Part shown: positions 43,926 through 54,561 of the stretch, piece after piece
Position numbering within the stretch: the first letter of the stretch is position 1
Layout of the letters: the number at the start of each line of letters is the position of its first letter
NCBI GenBank assembly: GCA_963850905.1
Contig: CAWKMU010000003.1
Location: 1,312,001 to 1,376,000 of the forward strand
DNA: 64,000 bases
Reading direction: 5' to 3'
From: an uncultured Gemmatimonadales bacterium
GTDB lineage: Bacteria; Gemmatimonadota; Gemmatimonadetes; Gemmatimonadales; Gemmatimonadaceae
Made by a program: the position numbers and the translations under genes
Notes under the pieces: model-generated
Database searches by the model: none
The model's input: the letters and a program-made list of their open reading frames with translations, nothing else
What the model was told of the DNA's origin: nothing

Positions 43926-46049
43926 ATGGCGACAACTACCCATACCGAGCAGGCCGCGGCAGCGGCTGCGGACCTCAGCCGCGAGCAGCTGGTCGCTGCC
44001 TATCGCGTCATGCTGCTGGCCCGTCGCTTGGACGACAAGGAAATCCAGCTCAAGCGACAGAATAAGATTTTTTTCCAAATTTCTGGCGCGGGGCACGAAG
44101 CGATTCTGACCGCGGCGGGCTTGGTGCTTCGTGGCGGGTACGACTGGTTCTACCCCTACTATCGTGACCGGGCGCTCTGTCTCCAACTGGGCGTCACGCC
44201 GGCCGAGATGTTGTACGAGGCCGTGGGCGCAGCGGTTGATCCGGCCTCGGGCGGGCGCCAGATGCCGAGCCATTGGGGGAACCGGCCGCTCAACATTGTG
44301 TCGTCGTCGTCGCCCACCGGCACGCAATTCCTGCAGGCTGCCGGCTGCGCCGAAGCCTGGTTGCGCGCGCGTCAGCTGGGTGTGGGCGAAGGGTTCGCCG
44401 GGGACGAAGTCGTGTATGTCTCGACCGGTGATGGGGCGACCAGCGAGGGCGAGTTCTGGGAGTCTCTGAGCACGGCGTGCAACCTCCAGTTGCCGGTCCT
44501 GTATCTGGTCGAGGACAACGGCTACGCGATTTCGGTCCCGGTCGAGATCAACACGCCCGGCTCGTCGATCTCTCGTCTGGTGGAAGGGTTCCCCGGACTG
44601 TACATCGAGCAGGTCGATGGGTGCGACCTGGTGGCGAGTCACGGGGCGATGGCTCGCGCCACCGCGTATGTCCGCGCGCGGAAGGGGCCAGCGCTCGTAC
44701 ACGCCAGCGTGATCCGGCCGTACTCGCACTCGCTGTCGGATGACGAGACCATGTACCGGCCGCCGTCGGAGCGCGCTGCGGACGCGGCGCGTGATCCGTT
44801 GACCACCTTCCCGCGCTGGCTCATTGCGGAAGGGCACGCGACCGAGGCCGACATCAGCAGGATCCAGGCGGAAGTGGACGCGGAAGTGCTGGCCGCGACC
44901 GACGATGCGCTGGCCCAGCCCCAGCCGTCGCCGGAGTCCAAGACCTTTGCGGTCTACTCGCCCGACGTGGATCCCTGCGGCGAGCGCTTCGACACCGAGG
45001 ACGACCCGCAGCCGAGCGGTGAGCCGACGACGATGGTCGACCTGCTGAACGGGTGCATGCGCGATGAGATGCGGCGAGACCCCAAGATCCTCGTGTTCGG
45101 TGAGGATGTCGCCGACGTATCGCGCGAATCGTACATGGGCGAGGTGAAGGGGAAGGGCGGTGTCTTCAAGGTTACGTGGGGATTGCAGAAGGAGTTTGGC
45201 GCGTCGCGGGTCTACAACACCCCGCTGGCGGAAGCCAACATCATCGGCCGCGCAATCGGCCTCGCCACGCGTGGCTTCAAGCCGATCGCGGAGATCCAGT
45301 TCTTCGATTACATCTGGCCGGCGTACATGCAGCTGCGCAACGAGCTCGCGACAATGCGCTGGCGGTCGAACAACACCTTCTCGTCTCCCGCCGTGGTCCG
45401 CGTGACCTATGGCGGCTATATCCGCGGCGCGATCTACCACTCGCAGACCGGCGCGTCCCTGTTCACGCACTGCCCCGGACTGCGCGTCGTCTGTCCGGCG
45501 ACGGCGCTCGACGCCAACGGATTGCTTCGTACCGCCATCCGGTGCGATGACCCGGTGATCTTCCTCGAGCACAAGCACCTCTATCGCCAGACGTACAACA
45601 AAGGACGCAATCCCGGCCCGAACTACATGATCCCGTTCGGCAAGGCACGGCGCGTGCGGCCCGGCAAGGACGTGACGGTGGTCACCTACGGCGCGACGGT
45701 GCAGCGCGCCCTGGTTGCTGCCAATCAGGTCGCGGACGCGGAACACGGCGGGATCGACGTCGAGGTCATCGACCTGCGTTCGCTCAGTCCGTGGGATCGT
45801 GAGATGGTGTTCGAGTCGGTCCGTCGCACGTCGCGAGTGATCGTCGGCTACGAAGATTCGATCTCGTGGGGCTACGGCGCCGAGATCGCGGCCGCGATCG
45901 CCGACGAGTGCTTCGCCTGGCTGGACGCACCGGTGAAGCGGGTGGCATCGAGCGACACCTTCGTCGGCTACGCGCCCCAGCTCGAGGACGCGATCTTGCC
46001 GCAGGTCGACGACTTTGTCCGCGCGTATCGGGAGGTCGTCGCTTTTTAG
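43926..46049 (+). CDS. 2-oxoacid (branched-chain/pyruvate) dehydrogenase E1, fused alpha/beta
   Basis: [14 protein letters not shown]...EDNGYAIS (TPP motif), GEDV, EIQFFDY and HSQ. Confidence 0.95.
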   Translation: MATTTHTEQAAAAAADLSREQLVAAYRVMLLARRLDDKEIQLKRQNKIFFQISGAGHEAILTAAGLVLRGGYDWFYPYYRDRALCLQLGVTPAEMLYEAVGAAVDPASGGRQMPSHWGNRPLNIVSSSSPTGTQFLQAAGCAEAWLRARQLGVGEGFAGDEVVYVSTGDGATSEGEFWESLSTACNLQLPVLYLVEDNGYAISVPVEINTPGSSISRLVEGFPGLYIEQVDGCDLVASHGAMARATAYVRARKGPALVHASVIRPYSHSLSDDETMYRPPSERAADAARDPLTTFPRWLIAEGHATEADISRIQAEVDAEVLAATDDALAQPQPSPESKTFAVYSPDVDPCGERFDTEDDPQPSGEPTTMVDLLNGCMRDEMRRDPKILVFGEDVADVSRESYMGEVKGKGGVFKVTWGLQKEFGASRVYNTPLAEANIIGRAIGLATRGFKPIAEIQFFDYIWPAYMQLRNELATMRWRSNNTFSSPAVVRVTYGGYIRGAIYHSQTGASLFTHCPGLRVVCPATALDANGLLRTAIRCDDPVIFLEHKHLYRQTYNKGRNPGPNYMIPFGKARRVRPGKDVTVVTYGATVQRALVAANQVADAEHGGIDVEVIDLRSLSPWDREMVFESVRRTSRVIVGYEDSISWGYGAEIAAAIADECFAWLDAPVKRVASSDTFVGYAPQLEDAILPQVDDFVRAYREVVAF

Positions 46050-46081
46050 TGGTCGCCGCCTTCTAGGCGATCGACCGTCCG

Positions 46082-47023
46082 GTGGTCGTCTCGCCCTGGG
46101 TCTGGATCGCGTTCGTCGCGTTCGTCCTGGGAGCGCTTGCCCTCGACCTAGGCCTGTGGCACCGAGTCCCGCGCGTCATCGAGACGCGCGAGGCGGCGCG
46201 GCGCACCGCGATCTGGATTCTGCTCGCGTTGGTGTTCGCCGGTCTTCTGGCATGGCGCGAGGGCGTGCAGACCGGTGTCGACTTTCTCACTGGCTATGCG
46301 GTCGAGCAAGCGCTGAGCGTCGACAACGTCGTCGTCATGGCCTGGATCTTCTCCTCGCTCGCCATCCCGCCGCCATACCAACACCGAGTCCTGCTCTGGG
46401 GTGTGCTCGGTGCGATGATCATGCGTGGGGGTTTCATCATTCTGGGCCTCGTCCTCCTGACGCGGTTCAACTGGATTCAGTACGTCCTCGGCGCTGTATT
46501 GTTGCTGGCTGCCGCGCGCATCCTGCGTCACCGCGAGCCCGAGACATCGAATGGGCGCAGCCTGATCGTCCGAGTCGTCGAGCACGCGATACCGGTCGAT
46601 CCAGCGCTCTTGGGGTCGCGATGGGTCGCCAGGGATGCAGCCCGCAACAGCGGGTGGGTGGCCTCGCCACTCCTCATCGCGCTCGTGTGCATCGAGCTCA
46701 CCGACATTGCGTTCGCGACGGATTCGATCCCGGCCATCTTCGCGATCACGCGCGTCCCGTTCGTCGTCTTCACGGCGACCATCTTCGCGACGCTCGGCCT
46801 TCGCTCGCTGTACTTTCTCGTCGCGGCGGCCATGCGCGGCGTCCACTCGTTCCGTGTGGCGCTTGCGGTCATACTGGCGGTCGTGGCGCTCAAGATGCTG
46901 CTGTCTTCGGTCGTGGAGATACCGGCCGCCGTCGTGCTCGCCGTGATCATTGCCGTGCTCGCCATCGCCCGCTTCGCGGGACGATCGCCGCCACGCCCGG
47001 GGCAGGCGCGCCCCCGCTCGTGA
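46082..47023 (+). CDS. TerC/Alx family membrane protein
   Basis: EQALSVDN, QHRVL.WGV.GA and ELTDIAFATDSIPAIFAIT motifs. Confidence 0.93.
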   Translation: MVVSPWVWIAFVAFVLGALALDLGLWHRVPRVIETREAARRTAIWILLALVFAGLLAWREGVQTGVDFLTGYAVEQALSVDNVVVMAWIFSSLAIPPPYQHRVLLWGVLGAMIMRGGFIILGLVLLTRFNWIQYVLGAVLLLAAARILRHREPETSNGRSLIVRVVEHAIPVDPALLGSRWVARDAARNSGWVASPLLIALVCIELTDIAFATDSIPAIFAITRVPFVVFTATIFATLGLRSLYFLVAAAMRGVHSFRVALAVILAVVALKMLLSSVVEIPAAVVLAVIIAVLAIARFAGRSPPRPGQARPRS

Positions 47024-47059
47024 CGCCACCGCCGCCGCCGGGCGGCGGAGGCGTCGCCC

Positions 47060-47380
47060 CTACCTGCGCTCGATCGCGTCTCGGACGTCGAGGAGAATCT
47101 CGAAGTACAGCTGCTCCCGACGGTAGGCGAAGTCCAGGGTGGTCATCTGGGCCTGATCGCCCGACGCTTTCGCGCGGTCGAACGCTTCGCGGTACATGTC
47201 GTCGAGATTGGCCAGAATGCGGTCGCGCGAGCGAGACATGCGTAGGGCCTCGAGGGCTCGAAGGGTCAGGCGAGAAGGCTCCACCGGGACCTCCTCCGCC
47301 GATGGGTCGGCCGCTGCGAGCAGCCGCTTCGCGGCGCTGCGCAGAAATACGCGGGAGCTGATGGGATTGAGGTCGGCCAT
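47060..47380 (-). CDS. Hypothetical helical protein
   Basis: 106-aa ORF ending LDFAYRREQLYFEILLDVRD; downstream of nadE on the same strand. Confidence 0.65.
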   Translation of the reverse strand: MADLNPISSRVFLRSAAKRLLAAADPSAEEVPVEPSRLTLRALEALRMSRSRDRILANLDDMYREAFDRAKASGDQAQMTTLDFAYRREQLYFEILLDVRDAIERR

Positions 47381-47399
47381 TGGGGGGAAAACTACACTG

Positions 47400-47569
47400 A
47401 ACGGCGGGGTCAGGGGTCAGGGACCAGGGGTCGGGGAACGACAACCGAAACGACAACGACGGGCGACGCAAAGCGTCGCCCGTACCGGTCCAGGGCCGTT
47501 CACCGTGTACAGTGATCGGCCTTCGGTTTGCTCCCTGACCCCTGACCCCTGATCCCCGACCCCGCCGTT
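47400..47569. repeat. Heptamer-armed palindromic element, copy 5 (GGGGTCA arms) with nested REP
   Basis: AACGGCGGGGTC(AGGGGTC)n ... (CCCTGAC)n CCCGCCGTT. Nested GGGCGACGCAAAGCGTCGCCCGTAC at 47461-47485. Confidence 0.85.
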
Positions 47570-47575
47570 TCTGCC

Positions 47576-49420
47576 CTAATAATCCACTGGCCTCAAATAG
47601 CTCTCCCCGATCGCATTCGGGCTAATAATCGCAACGGTCGGGAGGCGGCGCTTCCAGTGCGTGCTCTCGAGGCGGTGGCGGACGAGGTCTACTTCGCGGC
47701 CGTCGTAGCCGCGCGCGCGCAGCTCGTCGCTGGTGTAACCGGAAAGCAGCCAATTGAGAATGTCATCTGCCTTGGCGTAGCTGATGCCGAGGTCTGTTTC
47801 GTCAGTTTGTCCTTTGACGAGATCGGCGGACGCCGGTTTCTCGATGATGACGTCCGGTACGCCCAGGTGACGCGCCAACGACCACACCTGGGTCTTGAAC
47901 AAGTCGCCGAGCGGATTCACGGGCGGCGAATCGTCGGCGTGCCAGGTGAAGTAGCCGAAGAGTCGCTCTGTCTTGTTGCCGGTCCCGAGAGGCAGCGCAT
48001 GGTAGCGCGCCGACAGGTCGAACAACACGATCATGCGCATGCGCGCCATGACGTTACCGCGACGGCCAGGATCTGCCTCGGGCTCGTGCGCGAGATACGC
48101 ATCGACGGCTTTGGTGATATCCACGACCCGGCTCGTGATACCGAGCGCCTCGATCACGAGCTGCGCATGGGACAGACTGTCAGGACTCGACGTGCAGTAG
48201 GGCATGCAGGTACCGATCACGTTCGTTGGGCCGAGCGCGCGCGCCGCGAGGTAGGCCGTCACTGCCGAATCGACACCACCCGAGAGCCCGACGACCGCGC
48301 GGGAGAAGCCTCGACGCCCGAACTCATCGCGAATGAATTGGACGAGCCACCGCTCCAGGAGGGGCCCGTCGATCGCCAACGGAGCCGGCCCACCCGCCTG
48401 GCACGGTGCACTGCCTGCCGCCGGCGGGGCGGACGGGCGCGCTGGTGCGGCAACCGACCGCGCAACGGGAGCGGCGGCCGGCCGGCCGTCGGCCGTCGGG
48501 CCTGCCGATCGAGATAGGGCGCGATCGAGTGCGGTCCGCAGGTCCGGAAGCCCCGTCCGCAAGTCGGCGAGCAGTGGGGCGTCCGCCCGCGCGCGGGCGA
48601 GGTCTGCCAGATCGACGGTTGCTGGCAGCAGCGACTCCTCGAAGAGCGGTGCCCGGACCCGAATGTCGCCGGCAGGACCGACGAGCAACGAGCTTCCCCA
48701 AAAGGCTTTCCCGCCCTCGGTGCCTACGAGGTTGACATAGGACACGAATACCCCGTGCTCCTCCGCGACCCCGCGGACAGTCCGCTCCCACCGTGCGACC
48801 GTCGCCGGCCCCGGGATCCCGTCCTCTCGCGGCCAAGCGCCCCGAGCGGGCGCGGCGGAGGACAGAAAAATGATCTCAGCGCCATCGAGCGCTGCGACGG
48901 TGCCCGTCAGGCTGTGCCACGCGTCTTCGCATACGAGGAGCGCGGCACGGCCCCAGCGGGTGTCGAAGGCTCGCAGGTCGTGGCCACGCTCGACGAAGCG
49001 CTCTTCGTCGAACAACCCGTATGTCGGCAGGAACATCTTGCGGTGGATATGGTGTATGACCGGGTCCGTAGTGGCTCCCACCGTCGCGTACATCACGCTG
49101 TTATACAGCGTGTTCTGCCAGCGCTCGTAGAACCCGATGACGACATCGAGCGTACGACCGGCAGCGACTGCGTCGGGCACACCCGAGCGATACACGGCAT
49201 CGATGTCGCGCGCCACCTGGGCGGCCGTCCGCGCCAGGTCCCGCGTCCCACCCTCCACGAAGTAGCCGGTCAGCGCGGTCTCCGGGAAATGCAGGATGTC
49301 CGGACGTGGTGTGAGGGCGTCGGCACGGGCGAACAGCGGCCCGAGGCGCGCGAGATTGGCCGCAAAATCGCCCTTGCGAGGGTGAAGTTGAGCGAGCGCG
49401 ATAGTGACGGTGGTCGACAT
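47576..49420 (-). CDS. nadE: Glutamine-dependent NAD+ synthetase (nitrilase plus synthetase domains)
   Basis: FPE, RK.FLPTYGLFDE, CED, SGGVDS, GNVMAR, GTGNKTE and PASADL motifs. Confidence 0.95.
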   Translation of the reverse strand: MSTTVTIALAQLHPRKGDFAANLARLGPLFARADALTPRPDILHFPETALTGYFVEGGTRDLARTAAQVARDIDAVYRSGVPDAVAAGRTLDVVIGFYERWQNTLYNSVMYATVGATTDPVIHHIHRKMFLPTYGLFDEERFVERGHDLRAFDTRWGRAALLVCEDAWHSLTGTVAALDGAEIIFLSSAAPARGAWPREDGIPGPATVARWERTVRGVAEEHGVFVSYVNLVGTEGGKAFWGSSLLVGPAGDIRVRAPLFEESLLPATVDLADLARARADAPLLADLRTGLPDLRTALDRALSRSAGPTADGRPAAAPVARSVAAPARPSAPPAAGSAPCQAGGPAPLAIDGPLLERWLVQFIRDEFGRRGFSRAVVGLSGGVDSAVTAYLAARALGPTNVIGTCMPYCTSSPDSLSHAQLVIEALGITSRVVDITKAVDAYLAHEPEADPGRRGNVMARMRMIVLFDLSARYHALPLGTGNKTERLFGYFTWHADDSPPVNPLGDLFKTQVWSLARHLGVPDVIIEKPASADLVKGQTDETDLGISYAKADDILNWLLSGYTSDELRARGYDGREVDLVRHRLESTHWKRRLPTVAIISPNAIGESYLRPVDY

Positions 49421-49443
49421 ATTGCCAACTGGAAGTTAGCACG

Positions 49444-51618
49444 ATGAGACAGACGACCATACGACGACCGACGACGGCCGCGCGGCTGCGACGGCTGGCT
49501 GGCTCGGCGCTCATCGTACTCGCGATGCCGGTGGTGGTGCACCCGCGGCTCACCGCGCAAGGCACACCGCAACCCACGGGCTCGACCGCGCCAGCGGCAA
49601 CGGGAGCATCGCCCGGCGGAGTCCCGGCTGCGACAATTGCGGCTGCGAACACGCCGTCGACCGGCGAGCCATGGCGCATCGTCGACATGCCCCAGTCGAC
49701 GCTCGTCTACGGGCGCGATGGCTCGCTGATAGGGGAAATTGGGCGCGAGGTCCGGACGAGCGTGCCGCTCGCCTCGGTGCCTCCGTATGTCCCGCTGGCA
49801 TTCATCGCCATCGAGGACCGTCGATTCTACCAGCACAACGGCGTGGACGTCATCGGTGTAATCGGCGCCCTGAAGGATCGGTTCATCGGCCGGCGCATGC
49901 GCGGCGCGAGCACCATCACCCAACAGCTCGTCGGCAACATGCATCCGGACGTGATCAACCGGCGAGACATGAGCCTCGATCGGAAGCTGCGCGAGCAGGA
50001 CGCGGCCCGTGAAATGGAGCGGCACTACACCAAAGCGCAAATACTCGAGGCGTATCTCAATTTCATCCCGTTCGGTCATGGATGGTTCGGCATCGACGCG
50101 GCGGCGCGGCACTACTTTGGCAAGCCAGCCGGGCGGCTCACGCTGGCAGAAGCCGCGACGCTCGCGGCGCTCCCTCGGTCGGCGCCGTACTACGATCCGA
50201 TCCGACATCCCGACCGCGCCCGCCTACGTCGCGACCTCGTGCTCCGCGAGATGGCGAATCAAGGCCTCGTCACGTCGGCGGCAGCGAATGCCGCGCGGCG
50301 AGAGCCGCTGGTCACGGTGCCCTCGGCCCTCACGGACCCGGCGCCGTACTTCGTCGACGCGGTTCGCGACGAGGCGCTGCAACAAGGCATCCCGGTGGAC
50401 GCAGGCGGTTACCTGCTCTACACGACACTGGACCCGGCGCTTCAGCGCGCGGCTGTTGCCGCGCTGGACGAGGGGACCGCCGCGGTCGAGGCTCGGCCTG
50501 GCTACAAGCATCCAACACTCGCCACCCACCCTCGCGGCGCTGGACCGAACTACCTCGAGGGACTGCTCGTCGCGATGGATCCCAGCAATGGCGAGATCCG
50601 GGCGCTCGTCGGTGGTCGCGACTATCAGGACTCGCCATTCGATCGCGCGCTCAAGTCCGTGCGCCAACCTGGGTCTGCCTTCAAGCCCATTGTGTATGCG
50701 GCCGCACTTGCGGACAGCATCCCCGCGAACACGCTGGTCGGCGACACGGCGTTGGCGATTCCACTTCCCGATGGCACGATCTATCGGCCCGACGACGCGG
50801 ACGGCACGTTCCTCGGAACGATGACGCTGCGGGACGCGCTTGTCCGCTCCCGCAACTCCGTCGCGGTCCAACTCGCCCTGCGGCTCGGAATGGATTCGGT
50901 TATCGATGTCGCGCGTCGCTTCGGGATTACGACGCCAATTGCCCCGTACCCCTCGAGTGCGATCGGCGCGTCGGGTGTCCGGCCGATCGAGATCGTTACC
51001 GCGTATCAGGCATTCGCCACATTCGGGACGATTGCGCAGCCGCAGATGCTGTTGAGAGTGGAAGACCGAACGGACCACGAGATCTGGGCCGCGCACGGCC
51101 CCACGACCACGGTGGTGCTGGATTCCAGTGTCGCGTTCATCATGAACGACATGATGCGAGACGTAGTCGACCGCGGAACGGCGTCCGCCATTCGACGCGT
51201 TCTGCCGCCGGGAGTGATGGCTGCAGGCAAGACGGGCACGACGAACGACAACACAGACCTCTGGTTCATCGGCTGCACGCCGCACCTGGTTGCTGGTGTC
51301 TGGCTCGGTTTCGACGAGCCCAGGACGATCATGCCTGGCGCCGCGGGCGGCTCGTTGGCGGCGCCGATCTGGGCGCAATTCATGACCGCTGCAACGGCTG
51401 CAGACACGGTTCCACGCGACAGCGCGGGCGCCGACTCGACCCTCTGGGCGCCGCCTTCAACCCTTGTCTCGGCGGATCTGGATCGCCTCACCGGCGCGCC
51501 CGCGGACTCCACGACACCGCCCGACCGTCGCTACACCGAGTACTTCCTGCCCGGCACGGAGCCGGTGTTGTTTGACGCACGAGCGGTGTTTGGCGGCGGG
51601 CCGGTGACGGTGTACTGA
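49444..51618 (+). CDS. Class A penicillin-binding protein (PBP1A family)
   Basis: [21 protein letters not shown] and GKTGT motifs. Confidence 0.95.
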   Translation: MRQTTIRRPTTAARLRRLAGSALIVLAMPVVVHPRLTAQGTPQPTGSTAPAATGASPGGVPAATIAAANTPSTGEPWRIVDMPQSTLVYGRDGSLIGEIGREVRTSVPLASVPPYVPLAFIAIEDRRFYQHNGVDVIGVIGALKDRFIGRRMRGASTITQQLVGNMHPDVINRRDMSLDRKLREQDAAREMERHYTKAQILEAYLNFIPFGHGWFGIDAAARHYFGKPAGRLTLAEAATLAALPRSAPYYDPIRHPDRARLRRDLVLREMANQGLVTSAAANAARREPLVTVPSALTDPAPYFVDAVRDEALQQGIPVDAGGYLLYTTLDPALQRAAVAALDEGTAAVEARPGYKHPTLATHPRGAGPNYLEGLLVAMDPSNGEIRALVGGRDYQDSPFDRALKSVRQPGSAFKPIVYAAALADSIPANTLVGDTALAIPLPDGTIYRPDDADGTFLGTMTLRDALVRSRNSVAVQLALRLGMDSVIDVARRFGITTPIAPYPSSAIGASGVRPIEIVTAYQAFATFGTIAQPQMLLRVEDRTDHEIWAAHGPTTTVVLDSSVAFIMNDMMRDVVDRGTASAIRRVLPPGVMAAGKTGTTNDNTDLWFIGCTPHLVAGVWLGFDEPRTIMPGAAGGSLAAPIWAQFMTAATAADTVPRDSAGADSTLWAPPSTLVSADLDRLTGAPADSTTPPDRRYTEYFLPGTEPVLFDARAVFGGGPVTVY

Positions 51619-51621
51619 ACG

Positions 51622-51724
51622 GCGGGTTTGGGGTTTGGGGTAGTGCAACAAACCAAAAGGGCCAGTCGCGACGCGTCGCAACTGGCCCTCTGAGTTGTTG
51701 CGGTTACCCCAAACCCCAAACCGC
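51622..51724. repeat. Heptamer-armed palindromic element, copy 6 (GGGGTTT arms)
   Basis: GGGTTTGGGGTTTGGGGTAGTGCAACAAAC..AGGGCCAGT...ACTGGCCCT..GTTGTTGC..TACCCCAAACCCCAAACC. Clear homolog of copy 4. Confidence 0.9.
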
Positions 51725-51727
51725 TCT

Positions 51728-54308
51728 TTATGTCAGCGCCTCCGCCTCTTCCTCCGCAACCTCCATCTCCGTCTTCCGTGTCTGCACGGGGTGCTTGAGC
51801 GGGAGGAGTGCGATCGCGAACACCTGGTCGAGTGTCTCCACCGGGTGGAACGTCAGCGTGTCGCGGACCTCCTGTGGGATGTCCTCGATGTCGGCTTCGT
51901 TCGCCTTGCGGCAGGATGATCGTCGTGATACCCGCCCGGTGTGCGCCAAGCACCTTTTCCTTCAACCCGCCGATCGGCAAGACGCGACCGCGCAACGTGA
52001 TCTCGCCGGTCATCGCCACGTCCTTTCGGACTGGGCGGCCCGACATCGCGCTCACCAGCGCCGTCGCCATGGTCACGCCCGCCGAAGGGCCGTCCTTGGG
52101 AATCGCGCCCGCCGGGACGTGCACGTGCACTTCGAGGGATCCCAGTCGATCCTCGGGGATCTCGAGTCGCGAGGCGTGCGTCGCCGCGTAGGTCAACGCC
52201 GCTCGCGCCGACTCCTTCATTACATCGCCGAGCTGTCCGGTGAGAATCAACGACACGTTGCCGCGCCGCTCACCTGGCTCTCGCCATCCGTGCCGGCACG
52301 CCCGTGGTCGAGCCGTCGGATCGCGGCTTCGACGAACATGATGTCGCCGCCCATCGGCGTGTAGTACATCCCGGTCGCGACGCCGACCTCGTTCTGCTCG
52401 TTGGCGCGTTCGGGATGAACCTTTGGCCGGCCAAGCAACTCACGTACATCGGCGGCAGTGATCTCCAATGTCGTCGATTCGCCAGCGGCAAGTTTGCGCG
52501 CCACTTTGCGAGCGACTGCGCCAACCTGGCGCTCGAGCTGACGGACGCCACTCTCCCGGGTGTACTGAGACACGATGGCCATCACTGCATCGTCGGTGAG
52601 CGTGACTCTTCCGATCCGCGAGCCCTGCCTCTTCGAGCTGGCGCGGAATCAGATACTTCTTCGCGATCTCCGCCTTCTCACGCTCGGTGTAGCCCGCGAA
52701 ATCGACGACCTCCATGCGGTCGAGCAGCGGACCGGGAATGTTCTGGATGAAGTTCGCCGTCGCGATGAACAGCACTTCGCTCAGGTCGAACGGGACACCC
52801 AGATAGTGGTCGGTGAACGTGTCGTTCTGCGCGGGGTCGAGCACCTCGAGGAGCGCTGCAGCCGGGTCGCCCTGGAACGACGTCCCGAGCTTGTCGACCT
52901 CGTCGAGCAGGAAGACCGGATTCTTGGTGCCAGCCTGCTTCATGCCCTGGATGATTCGACCGGGCATCGCGCCGACATAGGTGCGCCGATGGCCGCGGAT
53001 GTCCGCCTCGTCACGCGTGCCGCCGAGTGCGACCCGGACGTACTCACGACCGAGCGACCGTGCGATCGACTTGGCGATCGAGGTCTTGCCGACGCCTGGC
53101 GGCCCGACGAACAGCAGGATCGGGCCGCGCGCCATCGCGCGCGCCTTGGCTTCCTTCGCGTCGGTGATCTGGCGGTCCTCATCCTCGCCCACGGCGAGCG
53201 ACGGAGTCGCGTTCTCTTTGCTCGCGCGCAAACGCGCGGCAGGCAGCTCGCCCGTACGCTCGAGCTCGTCTGCGATTTGCTTCGCGCGCAGCTGGCGAAC
53301 CGCGAGGAACTCCAGCACCCGATCCTTGACGTCCTGCAGCCCATAGTGGTCGTCGTCGAGCACCGTGTTCGGCGTCGCGTGAGGTCGAGCAGGTCATCGG
53401 AGCGGGTGTTCCAGGGCAGCTCCGCGATCCACTCGAGATACGTGCGGATCACCTGGGCTTCCATCGATTCGCGTCCGGCGCGCTCGAGCCGACCGAGCTC
53501 GCGCTCCACCTCGGCCCGCGCTTCCTTGGGTAGCTCGAGCTTGACCAGCTTCTCTCGAAGCTCGGTCACTTCGCGCGCCTGGTCGTCGTCGCCCAGCTCT
53601 TTCTGAATCGCCTTCAGCTGCTCGCGCAAGTACATCTCGCGCTGCCGCTCGCCCAGCTCTTCCTGGACCTGCGACTTGATCTCCTCCTGGGCCTCGAGGA
53701 GTCCGATCTGGCGCTGGACATGCACGAGTACCCGACGGAGCCGCTCCTCGACACTCAAGCGTTTCCAGCAGCCCCTGCTTCTCGGCCACGCTGAGCTCGA
53801 TGTAGCCGGCCACGAGGTCGGCGAAGCGGCCCGGGTCGGTCACCGAATCGAGGACCTGGTGGACGACCTCCTCGGGCAGGCCGCGCCGTTCCCCGAGCTC
53901 AACCGCCCGCTCTCGAATCTCCTTGTGGAGTGCCTCGAAAGCAGGATCGTGCTCGTTGACCGGGCTCATCTCCTCCGTCGGGATGATCACGGCGGCGAGG
54001 TAGCCCTCGGAAGTGGTGTATTGGAGCGCGGTGGCGCGCTGCTCGCCTTGCAGGAGCAGCTGCACGCCGCCGAGACCGCGCTGGATCTGGCCGATGCGGG
54101 CGATAACGCCCATGGAGTACAGGATCTCGGGCGTGGGCTCGTCGGTGTTGTCGCGCTGGGCGACGGCGAACACAAGCCGGTCGCCTTTGAGGGCCGCCTC
54201 GATCGCCCGCAGCGTGCCCGGACGGCCGGCCGCAATTGGCGCCGTGAGTCCGGGGAAGATCACTGTCCCGCGCAAAGGCAGGACTGGGAGTGTCTGACGT
54301 TGAGCCAT
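51728..54308 (-). CDS. lon: ATP-dependent Lon protease, five apparent frameshifts (sequencing error or pseudogene)
   Basis: [35 protein letters not shown] and IGGLKEK spread over six frame segments. Breaks at ~53760, 53370, 52606, 52261 and 51909. Confidence 0.92.
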
Positions 54309-54367
54309 TGTCTGCAACCTTCGAGCAGAAAAGGAATGAGGGGGGCGCGCCCTGCGGGGGCCCCCGG

Positions 54368-54394
54368 GACGGTACATTCACTTTCCCCAGTTGC
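54368..54394 (-). promoter_or_regulatory. Putative ECF promoter GCAAC-N19-GTC upstream of lon
   Basis: Minus strand reads GCAAC tggggaaagtgaatgtacc GTC; same spacing as the motif at 17177-17203. Confidence 0.45.
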
Positions 54395-54561
54395 ACGACT
54401 GGTTCCGCAGGAGTTACGCCAGGACGGCGGGATTCGAGGGGCCGGGCCGCCGTCGTGACACGACTGGAACCGCCAGGACGGCGGTTTTGCAGCCGATGCC
54501 GCTGTCGTGCCGATCCGTCCGTGCCTGCGATACCTCTTCCTGCGTGTTATCGTTTGGGGAT

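Noticed and set aside
43587..45746. Long antisense ORFs (719 aa here; also 6633-7934, 50082-51575 in a shifted frame, 52575-53606, 56410-57543)
   Set aside because: Shadows of well-supported genes in high-GC DNA; Arg/Ala-rich with no motifs.
46050..46081. yybP-ykoY riboswitch expected upstream of TerC/Alx
   Set aside because: The gap is only 32 nt, too short for the aptamer.
51728..54308. Programmed ribosomal frameshifting in lon, bioF or pqqB
   Set aside because: No slippery heptamers at the breaks, and the many scattered single-base indels fit sequencing error better.
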